Positions 26,236 through 35,567 of a stretch of 35,567 bases of DNA are shown in pieces (positions within the stretch are counted from its first letter, which is position 1; every line of letters begins with the position of its first letter). The notes beneath the pieces are model-generated. The model was given only the letters and a program-made list of their open reading frames with translations. It ran no database searches and had not been told where the DNA came from. Location: NCBI RefSeq assembly GCF_000315625.1, contig NW_005434436.1, positions 23,949 to 59,515 of the forward strand, written 5' to 3'. The stretch is from Guillardia theta CCMP2712 (taxonomy: Eukaryota; Protista; Cryptophyta). A program made the translations under genes and the position numbers.

Positions 26236-27024
26236 TCACTGAATGGATTTGTAAGCATCTTTGAACTTTGCAAAGTCCATCGTCGGTTCTCCTGCACTCC
26301 TCAATCAGCAACGGATCACACAGACGGTCACATCACCATTGTCAAGAGCAGCGAACAAGGCCGACTTGAGCTCGGCAGAGATGCTGTGAGGAAAACTGAT
26401 CAGACAACCGCGGTCAACATGCGGGACAAGGAGCACCTCTCGTCTATTGTCGACCACCAGTCAAACAGGGTGATGAACTCGGAGATTTGAATCTTTCCGT
26501 CATCGTCCCCGAACATCCCTGGGTCCATCAACAAACCCACGAACTGAGTGACGTCTTCTACACCGCCCACTTGCGAGCACAGGGTGACCACAAGATGCTT
26601 CCAGCTTACTCTGTTGCTCCCCTCCTGCGAGACCAAATCCAGAGCCTGCGATATGGCAGCCCTTGGAATGTCGCTCTGCTCTGCCATTTCTATCAACGCG
26701 TTGATATCTCTTTCCTCCTCGGGACTGCCGTCATCCTTGCAAGCAAGGACCAACCGGTAGATCGCGTCCTTGCTGACTTCTTCTCCCATTATTTCCTCCT
26801 CCTCTGCATTTTGATCGAGCTGAGCAAAGTACTTGGCTGAAAACTCGTAGATGTTGCTAGGGTTTGAGCGGATAACCTCTTTCGCGTAAGCTTTCAAGAT
26901 TTCGCCGAGACTGCTCGACCAGAAAAAGTCAAAACATGAGAGTAAGGCTCACAGTGCAATACTATTACTTCTCAGGAATATTGATCTGTTCAGCACAGTA
27001 TATCGGATCGTTGTCGAGAACCAT
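26236..27024 (-). CDS. RSP11: RIIa (D/D) domain radial spoke protein, RSP11/ROPN1L-like, 4 exons
   Basis: The N-terminus MVLDNDPIYCAEQINIPESLGEILKAYAKEVIRSNPSNIYEFSAKYF matches the RSP11/ropporin RIIa signature. EF-hand-like DDDGKIQISEF. Ends AYKSIQ*. Confidence 0.88.
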
Positions 27025-27439
27025 TCCGCTTTGAAGATATCGCTTTGGCTGTACAGGTACATCAGCAACGGGACATGTTAACACACATTCCTTTGCACGA
27101 GCCGGCCTTTCTACTGCTATATCTCATCATTCAATCCCATAGTTTTCAAACAAACACACCTATTTCCTATTTCCTTACCTTTCCTGCTCTTCTCATCGGC
27201 CCTACATACATCCTTCAAGCGACCCCTCACCTAAGTTCTCCTGAAACCAGTGATCACAGCAAAACCTCTACCTGCTCCCGCTAGTTTAACTCACCAACTC
27301 TGTTCCATCAAGAACAACATTATCAGCATATCTTCTCCTCTTCTCAGTTCTCCTCTTTCTTCATGTCCTCCAATCATTTCCTCCCCTCTCCCCCTCTCCA
27401 TCCTCGCGTCTCCCCTGCCATGTCCAACGGCTGAGTCCC

Positions 27440-27740
27440 TCATCCCCGCTCAGTCGTCCGAGTGGCGACGAGTGGCTGGCCGGACCGTACCGTACCGTGA
27501 TACTTCAGCCTAGTACCGTCCGACAGTACGGTACGGTACTACACGGTGGCGCGGCCGGGCCGCCCGGCCGACTGAGGCGGCCGGACTGGCCGGGCCGAAG
27601 TCACCGGGCCGCCATGAGTCGCGGCCGGGCCGGCGGTTATCAGTTATCCCGGAGTCCGTCTTTGAAAGCCGGGATTCCCAACCTTGGGAGGTCCGATCGG
27701 ACCTTTAGTATGCCGGGCCCGGCCCTTAGGCCCCCGGACG
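27440..27740. promoter_or_regulatory. GC/CCGG-rich island upstream of RSP11, with a 12-bp inverted repeat
   Basis: CCGG-dense; ACCGTACCGTAC (27484-27495) and GTACGGTACGGT (27526-27537). Confidence 0.5.
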
Positions 27741-28029
27741 CTAAGTTCAGAGGGCGATCATGGCAGTGGCGACTACGTGACAACAGTGATGATTTCGCAG
27801 TTTCTATGATGAAAACATTCAAGAGCGTGCACTTCTCCCTCAGTGCTTGCACAAGGCTGAGTGACTCTACTAGGCTAGTCAGCAAACCATGAAGTGAAAG
27901 CAAGACCCGAGCAGCAAGCTGCGGCACTCCTCTGCAGTACGCCAGCAGCCCACCTCTCCCCCAGCAGCTCCTGCCAAACTGCCAGTAAGCTCGCGGTCTA
28001 ACCATAATCGGCAAGTCAGTTCCTCGCTT

Positions 28030-29522
28030 CATCACAAGTCTTTGAGTTCCTTCGATTCTCCCCTCCTCCTCCCCTTCACCCCTCCTCTACCTGACCCTCC
28101 CGCTGCCCACGCCTCCCTGCATGTTCGCTGAAGCTTCCTCGCAAGGCTCCTCCCCGACTCTTCCGAGATCCCGTTCCCCACCTGCTCCCCGTCACCAGCC
28201 AATGGTCACCGTCAGGCCTCCAACGCCCTCTCACACACCCTCTACCATCCCCCCTCCCCTCCTCTCTCCTCGCCGTCTCCAGCTGCCCGCCCCTCTGCTT
28301 ACCAGGTCCAGCATGCGGATCTGGCAGTGACGGCTGTGCTCTAGCCAGTGCTCAAGGAACGCCGCGCCCTCCTCCCCGAGGTCGTTGTTTCTCTGCTCGC
28401 GCACACGGAGGCCCTTCAGTCCCCGCCCGACCCTCTCGCCCACCTCCTCTCCTCTCACCATGTCCAGGTCCCGCAGGCTCGGCATCTCCCGCAGCCCCGC
28501 GAAGAGGATGGCGGCTCCCTTCCCGTCCACCTCGTTGCAGCGCATCTTGAGCGACCTCAGGCCGGGCACGAGCTCGAGGCCCCCGCGGAGGTAGAAGGCT
28601 CCCTCGTTGCCCAGGCTGTTCCAGTCCTGCCGTCGCCTCGTCAGCCAGCGCCGCCTCTGCCTCCTCAGGCTGCGCTCCCAGCAGACCCTTGCTCGGTCCT
28701 CGTGCTCGCGTACTGTACCAGGTCGAGGTACTGCAGGTCGGGGGTGTGCTTGAAGCCCGCGAACAGCTTCCGCGCTCCCTCTCCGGAGATGCGGTTGCTC
28801 CGCTGACCCACCCTCCCGTCAGTCCCTCGGCTTCGTCCTCCCGACGGCCACCACGACCGCCCGGACGTACCAGCTTGAGGCTTCGAAGGCGGGGCATCGT
28901 CTCCAGGCTGTTGGCGACCTCGTCCATGGCGTCGTCGCTGAGGCCGCAGTAGCCACATACTTTAGGCCCTGCAGAATGCGCAGNNNNNNNNNNNNNNNNN
29001 NNNNNNNNNNNNNNNNNNNNNNNNNNNNNNNNNNNNNNNNNNNNNNNNNNNNNNNNNNNNNNNNNNNNNNNNNNNNNNNNNNNNNNNNNNNNNNNNNNNN
29101 NNNNNNNNNNNNNNNNNNNNNNNNNNNNNNNNNNNNNNNNNNNNNNNNNNNNNNNNNNNNNNNNNNNNNNNNNNNNNNNNNNNNNNNNNNNNNNNNNNNN
29201 NNNNNNNNNNNNNNNNNNNNNNNNNNNNNNNNNNNNNNNNNNNNNNNNNNNNNNNNNNNNNNNNNNNNNNNNNNNNNNNNNNNNNNNNNNNNNNNNNNNN
29301 NNNNNNNNNNNNNNNNNNNNNNNNNNNNNNNNNNNNNNNNNNNNNNNNNNNNNNNNNNCGAGGGGAGGGAGGGAGGGGAGGGAGGGAGGGATTTATTATA
29401 GGGAGGGGGGGGAAGAGGGGAGGGGGAATGTACACCTGCTCGAGGACGAGGGTTCGGTCGGGGGGGCACAGGAGGGGATGTAGAGTAGGGACAGAGAAGA
29501 GATCCAAGAGGGAGATTGTCAT
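28030..29522 (-). CDS. RI-type (28-aa) LRR protein, copy A; exon 2 in an assembly gap, 3' end uncertain
   Basis: Reverse complement of copy B over ~28090-28952 and ~29360-29522. ATG at 29522 (MTISLLDLFSVPTLHPLLCPPDRTLVLEQ). The acceptor of the first LRR exon is replaced by unrelated sequence, so it may be disrupted. Confidence 0.7.
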
Positions 29523-29789
29523 GTTGTTGTTGTCCGAGGGAGTACGAGATGTCCTTGCTTGTCTTTGTTGCTTGTCTTGCTTGCAGTGCAAGCGTGTCGT
29601 GTATGGTGTTGCCCATCATTTGCAAGCGCTTCCCCTTAAGGCCAGAGGGCAATTAATGTTTCGAAGGGGGAAACATTTTCAGCAAAAATCTTTGGGCAGG
29701 TCAAGAATGTTTTAAAGCGAGGCTCAAAACCACCGGTCATAATTGACTAGACATGACCCGTGCAACTTCAACCGTTCCCTTTTACACTT

Positions 29790-30290
29790 CACTTCCGGCC
29801 CGCCGCCCCGCGCCCGGCGCCCGGCCGGGCCGCGATGATCCCGGGCAGCGAACTTCGGAAGGAGTCGGACAGTTGAACGGTTGCCGTCCTTGACTGAGAT
29901 CCTGGACCGGATGCGTTTCAACTTTGGCACGTCAAGTTCTCAAAAATGCCGCTGTGCATGTCACTGTGTGTTGTCACTGACTCATCCCAATCATGATCGG
30001 ATCGTTCCCGGGCCCAAAAGGATGGGCATGATACTGAAACGCCAAGCAGTGCTGCCGCCGACCGTCGGACCGTCGGACCCCGACCAAAGGCTCCCGACCT
30101 CCCCCGAGGCTCCTCCTCAGTTCTGGCGACTATCCGATGCCATCCTGTACGGTCTGCTGCCGATCGGACCACCCCACAGGCTCCTTCGCCTGAGGGCCTC
30201 CTGCCAGGCGACTATTCTCTCTGCTGCCGACCGACCCCGACAGGCTCCTCCGCCTCCTGCCTCCTCCACCTCACGGCGATAGCCTGGCGT
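29790..30290. promoter_or_regulatory. GC-rich island upstream of LRR copy A
   Basis: CCGG-dense core at 29796-29845; GAACTTCGGAAGG at 29850 and again at 30353. Confidence 0.4.
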
Positions 30291-31672
30291 GACAACATGG
30301 TTTACCAGACCTTCAAGTTGCCAGAACGCACATGGTCTACACCACTTGTCTTGAACTTCGGAAGGCTAATCCAGAATTTAGCGTGTTCAGATGGAGAAGA
30401 TGTTTATCGGATGCTTCACCCAATGCCAATTTGACTAACCCTGGTATAGACACCTTGTCCACATGAAAACGCTTCGATGAATGAATGACTTTCCTGTGGA
30501 ATTTTTGTACTGTATGAGCTTGTGTGTGAGCAGCTCATGACACTGTCATGTCATGCCATGAAGTTGTTCGCTAGGTTTATTCTTGATTTGTTGGTTGTAA
30601 TGCTTCAGATTGATATGTTCAACTGAGGAGTTTCGTCAAATATTCACGTCGTTTGGAGAATTGCATTCCAAGTTCCGCGCAACGTCATGATATGGTCAGA
30701 TGATGGAGGTTCCTTGTTGTAAGATTCTGAATCAGATGAGGAGATTGATCCATTCGTCTTCACACCCCCAGAAGCAGGATTGCTCGTTCTCCATTGGTAT
30801 GGTTTCGGAGTTGTGGCTTGCACAACTGTCATCTTGATGCAAAGATCTGTCCGCAAGGAAATATGATTGACTTCACCTGTCAGAAATCGCCCTTAATCTT
30901 TTATCCATTGCAATTACACCCTTAAAACCTTAATTGCCCTCCCTCTCATCGACACGCGGTAAGTTTACACCCCAGGTAACTCTAGAGAAACGAACGCCTA
31001 CTGCCCCCACCTCCCTGCTGATCTTTCCGTCCAGGCGGATCATGAGTTTACTACAGGGGCTTTCACGAAGTGAGTCGATTTCAAGTTTGATATTGAACCT
31101 GGAGCAAAAGGGTGACTTCAGTAGTACCACGAGAATCACTCAACACGAGATGCGTCCTTTGCAGCCTTGAGACTTTATTCCTGCTTCTCTGTCAGTTTTT
31201 GCGAATCTTTCAGGTGCAAGAGCGAGAGGATGGCGAAGCTGCGAGGAGAGTCAAAGTGGGAGCAGCAGACAAGTTTGTACGTCTGATGTTTGAAGAAGCA
31301 AGAGCGAGAGATGAGGAGGGTGAGAGTGAGATTAGACAGTGAGCTTGGGAGGGAGGAGGGAGGNNNNNNNNNNNNNNNNNNNNNNNNNNNNNNNNNNNNN
31401 NNNNNNNNNNNNNNNNNNNNNNNNNNNNNNNNNNNNNNNNNNNNNNNNNNNNNNNNNNNNNNNNNNNNNNNNNNNNNNNNNNNNNNNNNNNNNNNNNNNN
31501 NNNNNNNNNNNNNNNNNNNNNNNNNNNNNNNNNNNNNGAGGGAGGGAGCGGGGAAGGAAGATATGCTAGTACGAGGAGATAGAAGCGGCCGAAGAATTAC
31601 TACAAATACTCTTGTGCTCGTTCTGATCAACAGCATTCCGACAGACAAAAACAGTCAAACTTACGATCGACA

Positions 31673-33370
31673 ATGACCGTCTCCCTCTTGGATCTCTTCT
31701 CTGTCCCTACTCTACATCCCCTCCTGTGCCCCCCCGACCGAACCCTCGTCCTCGAGCAGGTGTCCCTCCCTCCCCTCTTCCCCTCCCTCCCTATCATCCC
31801 TCCCTCCCTCCCTCCCTCCCTCGATGATACTTCCCTTCTGACCTCTCTCCTACAGTCCAGCAAGCGCATCAGAGCTGACCTCAACCTCGCCTCCCCCTCC
31901 ACCCTCGCAGACGTCCTCCTCCTCGTCGAGCTCAAGCACCCCCCAGCTGACTCCCAGTCCCTTGCCGCCTGGTTGATGCGCCATCAGGCCGCCGACATCT
32001 CGCTCAAGGCCTCCAACCCCGCCGCTTTCCTCGCAGCCCTCCCGAGCCTCCGACAAGCCCACGACCAGGGCTGGAGAGGACCGCACACGCTGGACTTGGT
32101 AAGGAGCCTTGAGCAAGAGGAGCAGGCAGGGCCAAGAGAGACAGAGGGAGGGAGCCGAGGACCGGCAGGATGCGGTAGACGACGGTCAGGCCGAGCGTGT
32201 GCCTCTAGTCAGTCAGCTGACCCCCAGCGGAGACAAGCTCCATCCCCTCCCTCCCTTTCATCTCCTCCTTCCTAGTGCTAGTGCTTCAGCCCTGTCACTC
32301 CCTGCCCGCTCCCCCTCCAAGCCTGTCCTGACGTGCCTGCCCTCTCAGACCTACTGCGGCCTCAGCGACGACGCCATGGACGAGGTCGCCAACAGCCTGG
32401 AGACGATGCCCCGCCTTCGAAGCCTCAAGCTGGTACGTCCGGGCGGTCGTGGTGGCCGTCGGGAGGACGAAGCCGAGGGACTGACGGGAGGATGGGTCAG
32501 CGGAGCAACCGCATCTCCGGAGAGGGAGCGCGGAAGCTGTTCGCGGGCTTCAAGCACACCCCCGACCTGCAGTACCTCGACCTGGTACGCGAGCACGAGG
32601 ACCGAGCAAGGGTCTGCTGGGAGCGCAGCCTGAGGAGGCAGAGGCGGCGCTGGCTGACGAGGCGACGGCAGGACTGGAACAGCCTGGGCAACGAGGGAGC
32701 CTTCTACCTCCGCGGGGGCCTCGAGCTCGTGCCCGGCCTGAGGTCGCTCAAGATGCGCTGCAACGAGGTGGACGGGAAGGGAGCCGCCATCCTCTTCGCG
32801 GGGCTGCGGGAGATGCCGAGCCTGCGGGACCTGGACATGGTGAGAGGAGAGGAGGCGGGCGAGAGGGTCGGGCGGGGACTGAAGGGCCTCCGTGTGCGCG
32901 AGCAGAGAAACAACGACCTCGGGGAGGAGGGCGCGGCGTTCCTTGAGCACTGGCTAGAGCACAGCCGTCACTGCCAGATCCGCATGCTGGACCTGGTAGG
33001 CAGAGGGGCGGGCAGCTGGAGACGGCGAGGAGAGAGGAGGGGAGGGGGGATGGTAGAGGGTGTGTGAGAGGGCGTTGGAGGCCTGACGGTGACCATTGGC
33101 TGGTGACGGGGAGCAGGTGGGGAACGGGATCTCGGAAGAGTCGGGGAGGAGCCTTGCGAGGAAGCTTCAGCGAACATGCAGGGAGGCATGGGCAGCGGGA
33201 GAGTCAGGTCAGTAGAGGAGGGGAGAAGGGGGGGAGAAGGGGAGGAGAGGGGGTTGACTTCTTTGTATTTTCAGGACAAGGAGAACCAGGTCAAGATCTT
33301 ATCATGGTTGCATGTTGAGATGTACGGTAGGGTATCATTGGCACTGAGCCTGCCAGCTATCCGATCCTAG
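31673..33370 (+). CDS. RI-type (28-aa) LRR protein, copy B, 8 exons, possible F-box-like N-terminus
   Basis: Spliced repeats: TYCGLSDDAMDEVANSLETMPRLRSLKL | RSNRISGEGARKLFAGFKHTPDLQYLDL | DWNSLGNEGA..LRSLKMRCNEVDGKGA..LRDLDM | RNNDLGEEGA..IRMLDL | VGNGISEESG. They fit the LxxLxLxxNxIxxxG consensus. Last exon ends ...LPAIRS*. Confidence 0.88.
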
Positions 33371-33564
33371 TAGGCTTTGGGCATGTTAATTGAAGCTTCT
33401 GCAGCCTGCGTCTCTCAGAGCTAATCCGAGACTTGGCAAGCGGCTAAAGGTTTTTGATGGTGCCGCGTGCCAGTTTGCCGCAGCCTATTCAAATGAATCA
33501 TAAAACTTACTACTAATACTCCGACACTCAACGCCCTCAAGTCACAAGCCTTACTGAGGGAGTC

Positions 33565-33755
33565 CCACCGGGGCCGGCCCGAGGCGGCTCAGCACCGAGT
33601 CCGCCGGGGCCACCCGGCCCGGGTCCGACTCCGGCCCGGGGTGATCAGGGTCCGATGATCCGCCGCCGGACGGTGCCCGGCCCGGCCACTGAGTGACTGT
33701 GCGGCGGGCCCAGCCCCGCGTGGCCGTGTGACAAATGATGGACGAGGCGGACCCG
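33565..33755. promoter_or_regulatory. GC/CCGG-rich island upstream of the last gene
   Basis: CCGG-dense with GTGATC/ATGATC and ACTGAGTGACT motifs, followed by GGGTGGGGT motifs at 33793-33882. Confidence 0.45.
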
Positions 33756-33987
33756 AATTAAAAACCTTCGATCGGAAAATAACACCTTGCATGGGTGGGG
33801 TGCTTCAAGTACCGGTACATAAAACTTGATTTCTGCCAGAAATAGACCGGTATGTTTGTTGGTATCTAAAGAGGTGGGGTGGTCATACCTAACGAAGAGC
33901 CATGGCGGTAGATCTCTTCGATCACGGTAAGAATGACGGGAGACCAAGACAAGAGAGAGGAGAAGGAAGACGAGCAGCATGCGAGGC

Positions 33988-34050
33988 TGAGAGCAGGAGC
34001 AGGAGCATGAGCATGAGCAGGAGCAGGAGCAGGAGCATGAGCAGGAGCAT

Positions 34051-34091
<41 letters not shown>

Positions 34092-34114
34092 TGTGAGGCT
34101 GAGAGCAGGAGCAT

Positions 34115-34148
<34 letters not shown>

Positions 34149-34160
34149 GGGTGCAGGAGC
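33988..34160. repeat. (GAGCAG/GAGCAT)n hexamer array
   Basis: Direct reading; the reverse complement of the hexamer type at 17050-17490. Confidence 0.9.
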
Positions 34161-34525
34161 AACAGTAGCAGGAACAACAACAACAGGAGGAGGAGGAGGG
34201 GGAGGGGGGGAGGAAGAGGCTGAGAGTGAGGGGAGGAGGAAAGCATTGTACGCTAAGAGAGGGGGAGGGAGAGGGGAAGAAGGAGAAGAAGAAGAGGAAG
34301 AGGAAAGGTTAGCAGATTGAGTCAGGATAGGGAGCTGTAGTGCAAAAGCAGGTATATAAGTACGAGGGGACGGCATCATGCATGCAATTAACTGCTAAGG
34401 GCATAGCGACAGCATGTGTACATACGTCATAGAGGAAGTGAGGGAGAGGAACGTGATAGTTGTTGGCTGCCGTGGAGGGCTGGCGATATGGGTAGGGTGG
34501 ACAGGAGGTGCCAAACCAGTAGGGG

Positions 34526-35107
34526 ATGGGCCAGATGCCTTGCAGCAGCTCATCGCCGGCTCACTCAGGTTTCTCTTCTCGGTTCGACTCTCGGAGATCT
34601 CGCAATGGCCTCGTCCTGGCGGGAGCATACCTTGCCGCCCTTGCCTTCTTCACGCTGCTGGTCATCGCCGTCGATGACTCTCCAAGGAAGCAATACTCGG
34701 TTTGTTCCTTCCCTGCATGCCATGCGTTCGCTCATGTCATATCCGCAAGGTTCTTGATGATGACGTGCAAGACCCGCTCGCCGACCTCGATACGAGCAAG
34801 CACGAGTGGACCGACAGCCATGGCAGTGGCTACGACCCTGAGCAGCAGAACGTCTTTGCAGACTCCGACGCCTTCGATATTCCGTTCGTGTAAGCTGAAG
34901 CTCGTCCTGCTCGTCCTGCTCGTCCTGCTCGTCCTGCTCGTCCTGCTCGTCCTGCTCGTGCTGATGCTCCTGATTCTCTGATGCTCCTGCTTGCTCTGGT
35001 CCAGGACCGTGACTTCCTTTCCGCAGGGGATACGCCCCCAAGGACTTGAAGTGGAGGGCTCCCTCCCAGCCCGAGGAAAACGTGTTGGACTACCTGCCTT
35101 CGTGAGA

Positions 35108-35141
<34 letters not shown>

Positions 35142-35330
35142 CCTCCTCGTCTTCCTCCCCCCACATGTTCCTCTCCCTCTTCTCCTGCCCGTGCTCGTGC
35201 CAGTGCTCTCTCCCTGACTGTTGAATGCAGGGGGAAGTACTCAGAGCCCAAGTCGATGGAGCTCCGCGCGCTGCTGGGGCCCTATGATCCTCCCAAGAAC
35301 ACCTGGGACAACATGCCGTTGGACTACTGA
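34526..35330 (+). CDS. Orphan type II membrane or secreted protein, at least 4 exons; start uncertain
   Basis: RRSRNGLVLAGAYLAALAFFTLLVIAV (TM) | VLDDDVQDPLADLDTSKHEWTDSHGSGYDPEQQNVFADSDAFDIPFV | GYAPKDLKWRAPSQPEENVLDYLPS | GKYSEPKSMELRALLGPYDPPKNTWDNMPLDY*. Intron phases join consistently. Confidence 0.65.
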
Positions 35331-35567
35331 TAAGACAATGAGGATGGTGGATGAGAAGCAGGCGCAGTGATGGAGCGGAGAGGAGAGGAGAGGGAGAGGA
35401 GAGGAGAGGAGGGAAGAGGAGGAGGAGGAGGAGGCGGCGGAGTAGGACAAAGAGAGTTTGTGGTATGGACCCGTTGGATCTCGGAAAGGCGGATGAAGGA
35501 TGGACTTGGCCTGATAGTGAGGATTTGATTTATCTCTGTTATTTCTTGTAGAATGTTGTAAACTCAA

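Noticed and set aside
28953-28983. LRILQGLKYV resembles protein kinase subdomain VIa
   Set aside because: Only 10 residues at a contig edge, with no other kinase motif visible.
30535-30549. CATGACA-C-TGTCATG short palindrome
   Set aside because: 7-bp arms in a CATG-rich patch are expected by chance.
28090-33210. Large inverted repeats as transposon TIRs
   Set aside because: The arms are intron-containing LRR genes; no transposase or target-site duplication is seen.

Overview
Eukaryotic nuclear DNA from a draft assembly (N-gaps at 5936-6035, 7169-7328, 18173-18272, 28984-29358, 31364-31537). The style resembles a cryptophyte alga such as Guillardia or Hanusia (inference): gene-dense, many ~45-60 nt GT/GC-AG introns with a CTGAC-like branch point, and microsatellite-filled introns. 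Most ORF-track entries are repeat or antisense artefacts, so genes were spliced by eye. Supported genes in order: a partial hypothetical gene (-), ribose-phosphate pyrophosphokinase (+), a membrane-anchored TPR plus SAM-methyltransferase (-), a secreted GPI-type Cys-rich repeat surface protein (+), a hypothetical protein (+), a TauE/SafE transporter (-), a cyclin J-like protein (+), an RSP11/ROPN1L-like radial spoke protein (-), a near-identical inverted pair of RI-type LRR genes with one-repeat-per-exon structure, and an orphan type II membrane protein (+). The most striking non-coding pattern is a set of GC/CCGG-rich islands upstream of gene 5' ends. They carry shared short motifs and are often followed by GGGGTRGGG-skewed blocks, while CCGG is nearly absent from some gene bodies. 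There is also a 32-bp near-perfect hairpin and apparent 1-nt frameshifts in two genes.
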